From: a virus
Taxonomy: Duplodnaviria > Caudoviricetes
Strand: one strand, 5' to 3'
DNA length: 63,685 nt
IMG/VR virus record: IMGVR_UViG_3300012943_000034
Coordinates: 1-63,685 of that record
Below the pieces are notes generated by a model, which had not been told where the DNA came from, made no database searches, and saw only the letters and a program-made list of their open reading frames with translations. Positions 47,417-57,293 of the stretch are shown piece after piece. Within the stretch, counting starts at the first letter, position 1. Every line of letters starts with the position of its first letter. A program made the position numbers and the translations under genes.

Positions 47417-47790
47417 CCGTACTGCACCTCCAACGCAGCTTTAACCACATTGATGAGGTGCCCAAGTTTTTGCTTATAGTGTTGGTCGAAGTTAATCTTC
47501 TTACCATCACACAGGCATTTGGTAGCAGCCAAGTTCTCAATAATTGCATCTACTTCATCTGAGTCGATGTTCTCTGTGAGAGCCTTTACAGCGAGTCCGA
47601 GCACATCTGGTTTAATCTTCTTTTTTAGAAGATCGCCCTCTCCTTCTGCTGAAGTAAACAACATCGCAAATGGTTGGCCGACTAAGCGAATGAGTTTCCT
47701 CATTAGTTTAACCGATTCCTTTGCTCCGAGTACCTCGAAGGAATATGTGTGTCCGTCAATCTCTTTATCTACCAAGCCCGTTTGTACCAT
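47338..47790 (-). CDS. tail assembly chaperone
   Basis: Between tube and tape measure; FDQHY...LEVQYGNF. Confidence 0.85.
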   Translation of the reverse strand: MVQTGLVDKEIDGHTYSFEVLGAKESVKLMRKLIRLVGQPFAMLFTSAEGEGDLLKKKIKPDVLGLAVKALTENIDSDEVDAIIENLAATKCLCDGKKINFDQHYKQKLGHLINVVKAALEVQYGNFLAEVLSQLPSTPSSTNLQDQSPT

Positions 47791-48212
47791 TAGTTATTAC
47801 CACCTACGAACATATCTAGTTCATCTGTTTCAATTACCCATTGTCTTGTAGTGGCTTCTTTTGCGTTCTCAACATTGGCTTGTTTTTGAACCCATGAAGT
47901 TGCACCAGCACAAACAGTTGTACCAGAATTATCTTTCATAAGACAAGGAGCAACACCTTCCCCGGTTAGCTCATCTGCGTTAGCCAATGCGCTTAAGAAG
48001 TCGTTTGATGAACTTGATTGCATGAGAGTAAGAGTGAACTTACCGGATTTATTGTTAGATTTTACTCTACAACCTTCTCCGTCTGCTCCAACCTTAAGGT
48101 TAAAAGCTTGTTCATTTCTTTCTACTACAATGAATGTACCATCGGCGAAACCACTTACAATGTGGCCGCCTACAATGATTGCGTTCTGTTTTGGATCGTA
48201 TGTTTTAACCAT
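47790..48212 (-). CDS. tail tube protein (DUF3277-like)
   Basis: TYDPK...GFADGTFI...GADG...TLTLMQSSSSN..LS. Confidence 0.88.
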   Translation of the reverse strand: MVKTYDPKQNAIIVGGHIVSGFADGTFIVVERNEQAFNLKVGADGEGCRVKSNNKSGKFTLTLMQSSSSNDFLSALANADELTGEGVAPCLMKDNSGTTVCAGATSWVQKQANVENAKEATTRQWVIETDELDMFVGGNN

Positions 48213-48222
48213 TTTAAATCTC

Positions 48223-49566
48223 CTATTGTGTTACTTTACCAGTTACTTTAATGAAGTGGAATGCACCAGCGAATCTGCATTCAAAGCTCACATTAGGATA
48301 GTATCTGTTCGCTCTATTTGTAGCACTCTCTGATAATACAGGAGGAACGACTACAGAATAAGGGCTGTTACCATCGATCAAGCCGTTTGAGATACCTTGT
48401 TTAATCGCTTGGATGATAGCGTTTTGAATTACCGCAGCACCAAGATCAGTGTAAGGAATCTTTGGGTTTGAAACTAATAGTGTGTAGATATTATTTTGGA
48501 TCTCTGTCTCTAACCAGTCGATACCAACTTGTACATCGATGAAACGGCCTGATGCCATCCAACCTTCTTGAGTAATATTCACGCCACCTACTGCTTCGTA
48601 GATGTTCGCATTTTTACCAACAAGACCTGATGGTACGTTACCGATCAAAATGTTTCTTTGGTTGTCAGTGTAGTTATCTGTTAACCCACCAACGATTGTT
48701 TTGAATTTGTAAGTAGATGATCCCGGCACTTGTGGTAATTGGCTACCCAACCATCCAGCTTCAGGTCCGAGGTCAGCTTTTTGTTGTGTCTTAGAATACA
48801 GAAGACCCGTTCTGTTGTATGAGAATCCTTTTAGCAAGCTCATTACGTCTGTTGTTACGTTGTCGATAACATCTGCATCGTATGATCCTGCGATAAAGAT
48901 TTTCTTAAGTGTTTCAATGTATGAAGCAGCTTGTAGAATATCGTTCTCAAGTTTAGATGTAAGGATTAAAGCATACCAAGCGTTACCGTTTTGATCGTTT
49001 AAGATATTTGAAATATCTGTGATCACACCGTTGTTAGGAGTGCCTGTAACAAATGTAAGGTTAGCTGAACCAGCGATACTAAATCCGAGGCCCGCTGCTT
49101 TCGCAGTAAGGATAAGAGTAGTTGTACCAGAAGCAGTTGCAGGGCAGGCACTATCAGCGTTGATGAGTGCGATTAATCCTGTTACAACTTCTCCAGCCGT
49201 AGGGTCAGCATCTGATGTGAAGTCGTATGCTACACCAGCGATTGTCGCTATATAATGTTGGATTGTTTGTGATGATACGTTCGGTGTACCTGTAGAAATT
49301 TGGGCAACTGGAGTTGTTCGTTTACCGATAGCAACTTGCAGAGGAGAAATATCTTGTCCGAATGCTCTTTGGGCATGGATATATTCTGGATCTGATGTCT
49401 CGAAGTCTTCGCCTACAGCTTCCATTGAAGCGTAGTATCTGATTAAATCAGCATCATCGAAACCAGTGGGTCCTAAAATTAGCGGAATACCGAAACCTTG
49501 TTTTGGTACCGCAGCCGATTGTAGTGATACAACCACGTTTACAATTTGATCTAAAGCGCCCATCAT
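48223..49566 (-). CDS. contractile tail sheath (DUF3383-like)
   Basis: GFGIPLILG, PGSSTYKFK, GRFIDVQVGIDWL, KIPYTD.G, AGAFH. Confidence 0.9.
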   Translation of the reverse strand: MMGALDQIVNVVVSLQSAAVPKQGFGIPLILGPTGFDDADLIRYYASMEAVGEDFETSDPEYIHAQRAFGQDISPLQVAIGKRTTPVAQISTGTPNVSSQTIQHYIATIAGVAYDFTSDADPTAGEVVTGLIALINADSACPATASGTTTLILTAKAAGLGFSIAGSANLTFVTGTPNNGVITDISNILNDQNGNAWYALILTSKLENDILQAASYIETLKKIFIAGSYDADVIDNVTTDVMSLLKGFSYNRTGLLYSKTQQKADLGPEAGWLGSQLPQVPGSSTYKFKTIVGGLTDNYTDNQRNILIGNVPSGLVGKNANIYEAVGGVNITQEGWMASGRFIDVQVGIDWLETEIQNNIYTLLVSNPKIPYTDLGAAVIQNAIIQAIKQGISNGLIDGNSPYSVVVPPVLSESATNRANRYYPNVSFECRFAGAFHFIKVTGKVTQ

Positions 49567-50120
49567 TCCTCCTCGGGTATAACTATTTCTTCTGTAATTG
49601 TTTGATCGCCTGTTTTAATCGTAGCTTCTGCTTCAACTTTTTCAATTGTGGTCATTGACTCACTCAAGTTGAATGCTATTCCAAAGCTAACGTCCATCTG
49701 GCTGCGACCTTCGTAACCAGTATTCATCAACTCGGTTAGGTCTGCAACACTTCCTATTAGCCATACGGCAATTCCAGCCTTTCTGAGGTTCTCTTGAACT
49801 GTCCAAAGTTCTAAGCTCTGCTGCCAGAGTGACATATAGTTGTAAGCTTCTTCTTTTGAGTTCCCATAACAGTTAAAAGAAATGGTCATGCGTCTTTGAC
49901 CACCTACGTTATGAGTATCACCGATCCACTCATGTGAGTCATCGCCACTTTTGTCTGCAGGGTTTAGGGTTTTGTAAGAAAAATATGGCTTACAAGGCCT
50001 TGGTACGTCTTGTGTCTGCTGCTCTGCCATTATGACAGTTGTCTTGGTAACTCGTTCCATTTCTCTCACGAGAGCGATTCTAATTGCGTTAAAATCTATT
50101 GGGAAGTTAGGTGTACTCAT
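49563..50120 (-). CDS. tail terminator/neck protein
   Basis: Synteny; PRP.KPY...YEGRSQMDV.F. Confidence 0.75.
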   Translation of the reverse strand: MSTPNFPIDFNAIRIALVREMERVTKTTVIMAEQQTQDVPRPCKPYFSYKTLNPADKSGDDSHEWIGDTHNVGGQRRMTISFNCYGNSKEEAYNYMSLWQQSLELWTVQENLRKAGIAVWLIGSVADLTELMNTGYEGRSQMDVSFGIAFNLSESMTTIEKVEAEATIKTGDQTITEEIVIPEEE

Positions 50121-50473
50121 GGATTTGAATGGCTCCCTACGTCTATGCGAACGAGCCTACATTTATTGTAAGAACCCCAATCGCCTACGCCCTGTACTTG
50201 GTAGTTAATACCATTTCTAATTATACGATCGTTTAATTTTATTGGCTTACTGTCTTTCATAGACCATAACCACCAGTTTTCCTTAAAGCGATCACCCTCT
50301 GGAACCAGCATTAGATCACGGTCTGACAATGGCTGACAGTTGCATTTGATATCAAAAGTCTCTGGGTTACGGTGGACTGCAAGACCATCTTTGTACGTTG
50401 TTTCACCCAAGCGAACTGCCTGAACTGTTTCATCACACTGGATAATTCTTGAGTGACCTCTAAGTTTAATCAT
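50117..50473 (-). CDS. head closure/adaptor protein
   Basis: CQPLS..DL..VPEG.R; synteny. Confidence 0.75.
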   Translation of the reverse strand: MIKLRGHSRIIQCDETVQAVRLGETTYKDGLAVHRNPETFDIKCNCQPLSDRDLMLVPEGDRFKENWWLWSMKDSKPIKLNDRIIRNGINYQVQGVGDWGSYNKCRLVRIDVGSHSNP

Positions 50474-51096
50474 TTTAAAACCACCTTGAATGTCACGGAT
50501 CGTAACATGAGTTTCGAGTCCATAAGTGTTTTTGAGCCAACACCTTTCGCAGCTTTTGCCGCCAAAGTAGATGGAGCATTCACTGGTTCTACACCTGATT
50601 TAATTTTGTTTTGGATAAGAATTTGGATCCGAGTGCCCATCGCACGTAGACACTTTTCTACTGTCCAATTCTTCTTCATCATATTGCGAATCATCTCTAC
50701 TCGCCATCTGTTTATTTTATCTGAGTTCTCACGAATGGTGGAGCGTATGAAAGAACGCTCTGGCTGACCAGGGTGCATATACCCTTGACCCTTTGGTGGA
50801 TTAACTGTGTGAGGTTCTACGCCGAATTCGTTCCATAAACCAACTTGCACTACAGATACCCCACTGGGGTAATTGCCTGCTCCCTCATGTAGACCTATTG
50901 TCACATAAGAGTGTTGAACGCCCTTGAGGTTGCGGCGAAATTGCACCCACTCTTTAAGCATTTTATGTTCAGTAGTGATCATGGATTTAATCATTGTAAA
51001 ACTATGGCCTCCCAACAATCTCTGTGAAGGATAATTAAAAACTCGTTCGGCGGTATGTACTTGTGTCCCAACCATAATTCTTCTTTTGACTGACAC
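50470..51096 (-). CDS. neck/virion morphogenesis protein (start probably near 50994)
   Basis: WNEFG...PERSFIRST...NAPST...K...K.LMDS..MLRSV. Confidence 0.8.
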   Translation of the reverse strand: MSVKRRIMVGTQVHTAERVFNYPSQRLLGGHSFTMIKSMITTEHKMLKEWVQFRRNLKGVQHSYVTIGLHEGAGNYPSGVSVVQVGLWNEFGVEPHTVNPPKGQGYMHPGQPERSFIRSTIRENSDKINRWRVEMIRNMMKKNWTVEKCLRAMGTRIQILIQNKIKSGVEPVNAPSTLAAKAAKGVGSKTLMDSKLMLRSVTFKVVLK

Positions 51097-51203
51097 TTAT
51101 AAAAGAATTCTCCGTAATCAAACTCCAAACCACAATGATGACAATGATCTTTGTGAGTTAAATTCTTTAAAAGAAAATGTTCAGTCTCCTTCTGGATCGT
51201 CAT
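50991..51203 (-). CDS. small Cys/His protein
   Basis: CHHC...HRDC; fills the gap between neck genes. Confidence 0.45.
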   Translation of the reverse strand: MTIQKETEHFLLKNLTHKDHCHHCGLEFDYGEFFYKCQSKEELWLGHKYIPPNEFLIILHRDCWEAIVLQ

Positions 51204-51642
51204 AAGGGTTAGCGTTCTCCGTAGTCCATGGAGCTAATTGTTCGTTTTCCATCATGTGCTTAGTGAAATCAGGCTTAACTCTGTCAGGGTTTTGGGCTTG
51301 AGTTTTCTTATCTGCTTTAGAAATACCACCAGCGTATGGTGCGATCCCTTGAAGCAATAGCCTTTGTCTTAATTCATCTCTGAGTTTTGTAAAATTAGTT
51401 AAGAGCTGAGAGTTTTTTAAAGATACTGAGCCAACCGTTTCATCTATGTAGCCAGCAAATTTAGCCATGAGAGTTTCACATAAACGTATTGAAGTTTGCA
51501 ATGCACATTGGTTGTATTGTGTGAGCATCCAAGTGATCTCACCGTCTTGTAGATATGGAAAGCATTCATTGGTGTCGCCAATTAGAAAGCGAACTTCGTC
51601 TTTTTTAGATGAACCGGGATCTCCAGAATATGTCCACGCCAT
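51181..51642 (-). CDS. head-tail connector protein
   Basis: WTYSGDP...VRFLIGDT...LQDGEI. Confidence 0.8.
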   Translation of the reverse strand: MAWTYSGDPGSSKKDEVRFLIGDTNECFPYLQDGEITWMLTQYNQCALQTSIRLCETLMAKFAGYIDETVGSVSLKNSQLLTNFTKLRDELRQRLLLQGIAPYAGGISKADKKTQAQNPDRVKPDFTKHMMENEQLAPWTTENANPYDDPEGD

Positions 51643-51653
51643 GAATACCTCGT

Positions 51654-51968
51654 TTATTTGTCACGAGTTTTTGCGTGACCTTTTTTGTTCTTTTTAGATT
51701 TCTTCTCTTCATCTTGAACAAGAGCTTCTTCAGCTACTTCAAGGTTAGAGGCAGAATCTGATTCGGGTACTTGAACCTTTTGAGGGCTTGTATCAGCGAT
51801 TGGTTCAGACTTAGGAGCCGCCGATTTTTTATCAGCGACCCATTTTATCCACCCTAAGTTAAGGTGTGCAATGATTACGGGATAAGACCATGTATCAGCG
51901 TCTTTAATTTCTTCTCCAGACTTTACGTGACCAGATGAAGTTACTAAATCTTTACAAGCTAAATACAT
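51654..51968 (-). CDS. hypothetical protein after capsid gene
   Basis: GGAG RBS; synteny. Confidence 0.6.
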   Translation of the reverse strand: MYLACKDLVTSSGHVKSGEEIKDADTWSYPVIIAHLNLGWIKWVADKKSAAPKSEPIADTSPQKVQVPESDSASNLEVAEEALVQDEEKKSKKNKKGHAKTRDK

Positions 51969-51979
51969 GGCAATACTCC

Positions 51980-52930
51980 TTACAGCAATCCTGTCATGTA
52001 AACACCTAGGTCTGAACCTACGAGTTTCATGTCGAATGCCATTTCACCCTCGATACGATCAGATGCAAGTTGTTCCATACGGAATGACTTGATTCTGTTA
52101 CCTTGTGCGCCAGCACCTAACAATCCTGTCCAGCTAAAGATGTATCCACCTGAAGGCTGAAGGATAGAAGGAGCAGGGTTAGAGTAAACAAGAAGTGCCT
52201 TATTTTTGATAAGGAAGTCATTTGCCGCAGCTTGACCTTCTCTTGCCGTATCTTCAACCACTGATGCAACTAAGAATTTATCTACTCCAAACATTGAAGC
52301 AAGTAATTCTTCAGTTAACATTCCACGTTGAGTGTACTTGATACGATCAATGATCGATGCGTTGTTTTTTAATGCTTTGAAAACATCGTATGTAACAACG
52401 AGTACGTTAGGGGCGAAACCAGTCTTCGCTTTAACAAGGGCTTTTTGATTGTCAACATCTGACAATGGATCTGAGTTTGTAGCGTTCCACTTTGTAGATG
52501 GAGTGAAATCCGCTGCACCTGTCCAAGTGCTTGCCTTGAAGTAAGATGAAACGAATTGCTTTTCTCTACGAAGCATAAGTTGTTGAGTTACAAACAAAGT
52601 CGCATCACGGTCCAAGTTCAATGGATCATCAGCGTTTTGTCTTGTTTGGTCATCAACATCTTTGTGAACTGCCCATACATCAGCCATGTAAGGAGTTGTC
52701 GCAGTCTTATAACCAGCACCTGCAGACTCTGTTCCCGGTCCACGCTTTTGCGCTGACGTTTGGAACCAGTATTGTTTATCGTATGTGAAATATAAATCAG
52801 ACTGTTTTAGAACTGGCACGATAGGGAATACCTTATCTGCGATAAAGTCTGATGCCTTTTGAATGTACGCAATCGAGATGTTCGTTAAAGGCTTATTTAC
52901 GTGAACATCGGATCTAGTTGGTTGTGGCAT
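51980..52930 (-). CDS. major capsid protein
   Basis: HVNKPLTNISIAY...FIADKVFPIVPV...PSGGYIF...D.GVY; strong RBS. Confidence 0.9.
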   Translation of the reverse strand: MPQPTRSDVHVNKPLTNISIAYIQKASDFIADKVFPIVPVLKQSDLYFTYDKQYWFQTSAQKRGPGTESAGAGYKTATTPYMADVWAVHKDVDDQTRQNADDPLNLDRDATLFVTQQLMLRREKQFVSSYFKASTWTGAADFTPSTKWNATNSDPLSDVDNQKALVKAKTGFAPNVLVVTYDVFKALKNNASIIDRIKYTQRGMLTEELLASMFGVDKFLVASVVEDTAREGQAAANDFLIKNKALLVYSNPAPSILQPSGGYIFSWTGLLGAGAQGNRIKSFRMEQLASDRIEGEMAFDMKLVGSDLGVYMTGLL

Positions 52931-52945
52931 TTAATCCTCCCTACC

Positions 52946-53356
52946 TTACTGTTTACCGTGAGTTTTTAATAATATTGTGAAGACATCTCCGTCTACTGCT
53001 GACTCTAATGCCACCGCAACTGCGTATGACGCTGAATCTGCTACAACGAATTTACCAGACACACACTTCAATAATTGACCTACAGCGATTGGGCCACCAG
53101 CTTTCGCCTTAGTTACCCCTTCTACCATCACAACGCCTGGCTCACCAACGATTGGGTTATTTTGCAATACCCCGATGATTGGAGTAGATGCACTCACAGG
53201 AGGAACTAATGCCGCTCCTAGAACTGATCCCGCTCCTTGCGTGTTAGCGGCTGTTCTTACACAGACACCAGTGAATTGATAAAGTGCTTCGTCAGACATA
53301 TCTAAGTCTGCTGGAATCACACCGACATAAAAATTTGGAATTTCATAAGCACTCAT
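52946..53356 (-). CDS. capsid cement/decoration protein (DUF2190-like)
   Basis: IGVLQN.P..G...V...GVTKAKAGGPIAVG...ALESAVDGD. Confidence 0.8.
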   Translation of the reverse strand: MSAYEIPNFYVGVIPADLDMSDEALYQFTGVCVRTAANTQGAGSVLGAALVPPVSASTPIIGVLQNNPIVGEPGVVMVEGVTKAKAGGPIAVGQLLKCVSGKFVVADSASYAVAVALESAVDGDVFTILLKTHGKQ

Positions 53357-54330
53357 TAGATGCCTCCTCTTTGATCTTTATAGTCAGCGTACATTCTCTT
53401 ACCTTCAGTTGTCTCAAGGAACTGCTCTACAGCTTGTTCTTTAGATACTGGTTCAGCTGATTTAGCAACGATAGTCATAGCAGATTTTTCAATTTGCTCC
53501 CATGTTGTTCTTCCAGCGGCAGGAACAGACGAACCTAACTCTTTAAACAAGTTACCTTGTGTAATTTTGTCATTCGCTGATTTTAAAATTGTTTCTAATT
53601 TTGCTGAAGCTTCTGGAGCCTTTTCAGATAACTCTTTTAGAATTGTTGCCAACTCTGCTTTGTCACCTAGGTTGTCCATTTTTGAAACTTTCTCTTGGAA
53701 TTCTTTTGTTACACGTTGATCCTTCTCGACGTTGAGTTTAGCTTCTAGATCAGCAGCTTTTTTCACAGCGTCTTGCTGACCTTTGTAGATCGCTTCAACT
53801 GCTCCTCTTACGTCTTCTGGAACACCGGATAAGTCAAGAGATCCATCAGATTTAATAACTGCTGATTTACTCACTTTATCCTCCTCTTTGGCTTTTGCCT
53901 TTTTTAACTCTTCTTTCTCTTTATCTTCTTTTTCCTTATCTTCCATGGCCTTTTTAGCTTTGGCTTTCTCAACGTCTTCTGCTTCAGCTTTTTCCTTAGC
54001 TTCTTTCGCTGCCTTAGCTTTTTTTACATCCTCGTCTTCATCTTCTTCTTTGCCAAAAGATTTAAGAACAGCTTCAACGTCTGCTTTCTTAACTTCTTCT
54101 GATGCACCGAAGATTCTTGCGATTGCTTTAAGAGATGCTTTTGCCTTGTCAGATAGAGATTCCTTTGATTTCAGAACGGCTTCTACCTTATCAGATTGGT
54201 CTTTGGATAACTGAGTTTGATCCATTATGTTGTCTCCTTGGGATTTAAAGATAAGGAATTTACGTTTATTTGCACCAAGTGGGACAAGGCTAACCTCGGC
54301 CGCTTCTAGGTCATATAATTTTTTAGGCAT
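53356..54330 (-). CDS. capsid scaffold bearing the C-terminal segment of the prohead protease fold
   Basis: AGGGGAG RBS then MPKKLYDLEAAEVSLVPLGANKRKFLIFKS; long K/E/A coiled coil. Confidence 0.8.
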   Translation of the reverse strand: MPKKLYDLEAAEVSLVPLGANKRKFLIFKSQGDNIMDQTQLSKDQSDKVEAVLKSKESLSDKAKASLKAIARIFGASEEVKKADVEAVLKSFGKEEDEDEDVKKAKAAKEAKEKAEAEDVEKAKAKKAMEDKEKEDKEKEELKKAKAKEEDKVSKSAVIKSDGSLDLSGVPEDVRGAVEAIYKGQQDAVKKAADLEAKLNVEKDQRVTKEFQEKVSKMDNLGDKAELATILKELSEKAPEASAKLETILKSANDKITQGNLFKELGSSVPAAGRTTWEQIEKSAMTIVAKSAEPVSKEQAVEQFLETTEGKRMYADYKDQRGGI

Positions 54331-54385
54331 AAACTCCCCTAACGATATAAAGCTGACATAAACGTGGAACCACTGCAAGTCTTAT

Positions 54386-56077
54386 TTAAAAGGTCGGTAC
54401 TCGTTGCCCGAACCCGCCAACACTGAATCCAGTGTAGTCCCCGTCCATTACTTTTTGCCACTCAACTGGGTCATTCACATATACAGCGAGAACCCAAGAT
54501 CCTTTCTTAACAATTTGTTTACCAAACTGTCCATTAAACTCTAAGTCCTGCGGTGCGATATAGCTCTCAACAGGTGTCGAGTCGATCTTCTGTGAGTGTC
54601 TTGATCCAACTACTCGAGACTTCATTAGGTAATAATGTGCAGCTTTTTCAATATCTTCTGCTGTCATCCAATCACCTTGAGCATCGATCTCGTCAGGTGT
54701 TAACACCACACAATACACGATTTGCTTCATTGACTGTGCTTTGCAGATCGGAACCAATTTAGATTCCTTAAGTATTTTTTCAACTAATAAATCCAATGGA
54801 TCATTTTTGTTCTTAAGTCCAGCCGATTTTACGATCTGAGCCTTCTCTTTATAAGACTTAGATGCAGTTATTCTTTCAACGTTCGCTACCTGTTCAATAG
54901 CTTGATAAACAGGAGAACTCTTAAATAGATCATCGACATTGAGAGAGAAAGAATCGCTAAGAGCACTAATAGCAAGGCGTTGATCAAATGGTAATGCAGC
55001 ATACATACTTTCTGGTTCTTTTAGTTCAACATGAATTAATTTAATGAACTCTTGTCTGTGAATTACGGGGCTGCCCGCATCAACTTCCTTCTGGTTGCTC
55101 GTGTGGTAGAACTCAACGACCCCGGAGAAACAATCAGGGTGCAACCTAACATTCCCTTCGTATATAAAAATACCGCCGGGTGCGAGTACACGTTCGATTT
55201 CCCGTAAGGTATTTTCCGTATCGCATAGAGGGAGTACATCAAAGGTATTTCTAAGAAGAACCCTTTCACAACTTTCTTGAGCAAGCGGAATACCGAGCGC
55301 AAGGTCGTGAACAATCGTTCCGTAATCGTGCGGAAAAAGATCAAAACCCAAGTAACCGGGTTCCCGTATTGCGCCCGAGCCGAGGTCAATTCTGAGTAAG
55401 TTTGAATCATATTTTTCACCTAAGTCGCTTGAAATTAACTTCTTATAGTGTAGAGGATCTTTTTTAAGATTATCAATAACTGTTTTTAGTGCATCTGTTT
55501 GATCTACATCTTCGTATGATAACTCGTAGTCCATGCCCTCAATTAAGGTAAGCTTATCGTGCATGATATAATATTCTGAATCGAACTTTTTTACGTTCCT
55601 TAAGATGTTTTTTAATAGTTCGTTGTATTCCATTTTTACGTGTAGGTTTTGTTCGATCTCTTCTGGTAGTCCATTGGTTATATCAACCCACTTCCAGCGA
55701 TACACTTCACCATCAGGATCGTTCTTCATTGTTGTTGAAGCTTTCTCATCTAACTCTACTCTGAATGTTTGAACTGTGAGTCCTTCTTTAACAAGGGTTG
55801 GTTCAGTGACAGATTCGAGCATTGCCTCTTCGATTTGAATGCCCGACTCTTCCATCACTTCTCTTACAGCACCTTCATGGAATGATTCTCCCTCGTCTAC
55901 ATGGCCTCCGGGTACGGTCCACTTCTCGTTATCTCTTCTTTTACCCATAAGCAATTTGCTACCAAACATTAGAGCAACTGAAGCGACTCTTCTATCACCG
56001 GATTCTTTTTTAATTAACTTTTTTAAATTTACAATTACACCATCTAAAAAGGCCAATGCGTGATCTGTGTTTGTCAT
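54386..56077 (-). CDS. multidomain head protein: NUDIX hydrolase, helical domain, SAM methyltransferase-like domain, XkdF-like prohead protease
   Basis: Nudix box GGHVDEGESFHEGAVREVMEESG; IDLGSG...RVLAPGG; VYCVVLTPD..DAQGD...IEKAAH...H...VESYIAP...KGSW...YTGFSVGG. Confidence 0.85.
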   Translation of the reverse strand: MTNTDHALAFLDGVIVNLKKLIKKESGDRRVASVALMFGSKLLMGKRRDNEKWTVPGGHVDEGESFHEGAVREVMEESGIQIEEAMLESVTEPTLVKEGLTVQTFRVELDEKASTTMKNDPDGEVYRWKWVDITNGLPEEIEQNLHVKMEYNELLKNILRNVKKFDSEYYIMHDKLTLIEGMDYELSYEDVDQTDALKTVIDNLKKDPLHYKKLISSDLGEKYDSNLLRIDLGSGAIREPGYLGFDLFPHDYGTIVHDLALGIPLAQESCERVLLRNTFDVLPLCDTENTLREIERVLAPGGIFIYEGNVRLHPDCFSGVVEFYHTSNQKEVDAGSPVIHRQEFIKLIHVELKEPESMYAALPFDQRLAISALSDSFSLNVDDLFKSSPVYQAIEQVANVERITASKSYKEKAQIVKSAGLKNKNDPLDLLVEKILKESKLVPICKAQSMKQIVYCVVLTPDEIDAQGDWMTAEDIEKAAHYYLMKSRVVGSRHSQKIDSTPVESYIAPQDLEFNGQFGKQIVKKGSWVLAVYVNDPVEWQKVMDGDYTGFSVGGFGQRVPTF

Positions 56078-56313
56078 CCGAGTATCCTTTTTTTAATTGC
56101 GGCACACACTTGCTTGAACTCTTTATCGTTCCCGTCCAGTGTACAGCGCATTCGTGTCGCTATTAAGTCAACTATCTCACTATCGGTCAGTTGCTTATAG
56201 ATTTTATCATAAGCCTTTGTGGCTTTAAAAAACAAGTGGTCCTCCCTGGAGCAACCATACTTCTCAAAGACTTCAAAGTGTTCTTGTATCATATATTTAA
56301 ACTCATTAGGCAT
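56074..56313 (-). CDS. hypothetical protein
   Basis: Coupled ORF. Confidence 0.5.
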   Translation of the reverse strand: MPNEFKYMIQEHFEVFEKYGCSREDHLFFKATKAYDKIYKQLTDSEIVDLIATRMRCTLDGNDKEFKQVCAAIKKRILG

Positions 56314-57293
56314 AAGCAGTTTGGGTGTGATTCAGTTGGGATCATAACTGCCCTTCCGTCTGGGAGTATCCATGCTTCATCGAGACCTACTTCTTCTCCA
56401 TCCATATCTTCGCAAATAGGACATGGATCTGTGTCCGTTGTCCAAACTTTTTTAGCAGTTGTTTTATCTATAAGACCTTCTGCTGCGGCATTATCCCACA
56501 CTTGATGCTGTCCCTCGTTTGAGGCATTCGCAATCTCTGTACGACCAATGGTCATTGCACGAGAACTAAGTAAACGATCTTGGTATGAATCAACTAAGCG
56601 ATCGATTCGCTCAGGAGATACGTTCCTTGCTTCAAGACCACTCTGATAATTCATTACAGCTTGTTCATATCTTGGTGTAAGTCCGATAGAACCTTTTATC
56701 ATTCTAGCTACATCACGAGGCGTGAGAGCATTCGAGAACGATCTACGTACCGCATTTTGTATGACTACCTGTACATCTTTTGTGATGTTCGTAACCATAT
56801 TCCCCGTTACTTCACTGATGTATTTAGCTATTTCAGGGTTCTTTAGATCATATCTAGCATTGGGATTCTTTGGCGAAGGCAATGGGTTTCTTAAATCCAT
56901 GTGTATCTCAAAAGGTAAATCAGCTTTCTCAACTTTAGATGGCAAGTAAGTGAGAGCATTTTTACCAGACAATCTCATCGCTTGTTCTATTGTTGGGACA
57001 ATAGCTATGATGTCTTTAGTGAATTGCTCCCACGGAATAATGGACAGGATCGCTGCCTCATCGCCTTTAATGAAAGCATGGTACAGTTTCTCTTCTGAGA
57101 CCATTGCCTTAAGTTTACGAAATGCACGGACCAACTGTATCTCTACAGATCGACCCATCTGCTTATTCATGTTCTCAAGCTTCACGTTGGCAACTGTACG
57201 ACGAGCCTTACGGATTCGCACATTTGCCTTATGGTTCTTGAAAACAAATCTAGGCAGCTTTTTTTGTACTTTCCTAAGCTTATCTAAATCCAT
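56289..57293 (-). CDS. MuF/SPP1 gp7-like minor head protein
   Basis: RAMTIGRTE, KKVW...CPIC..MDG, HPNCLC. Confidence 0.88.
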   Translation of the reverse strand: MDLDKLRKVQKKLPRFVFKNHKANVRIRKARRTVANVKLENMNKQMGRSVEIQLVRAFRKLKAMVSEEKLYHAFIKGDEAAILSIIPWEQFTKDIIAIVPTIEQAMRLSGKNALTYLPSKVEKADLPFEIHMDLRNPLPSPKNPNARYDLKNPEIAKYISEVTGNMVTNITKDVQVVIQNAVRRSFSNALTPRDVARMIKGSIGLTPRYEQAVMNYQSGLEARNVSPERIDRLVDSYQDRLLSSRAMTIGRTEIANASNEGQHQVWDNAAAEGLIDKTTAKKVWTTDTDPCPICEDMDGEEVGLDEAWILPDGRAVMIPTESHPNCLCLMSLNI

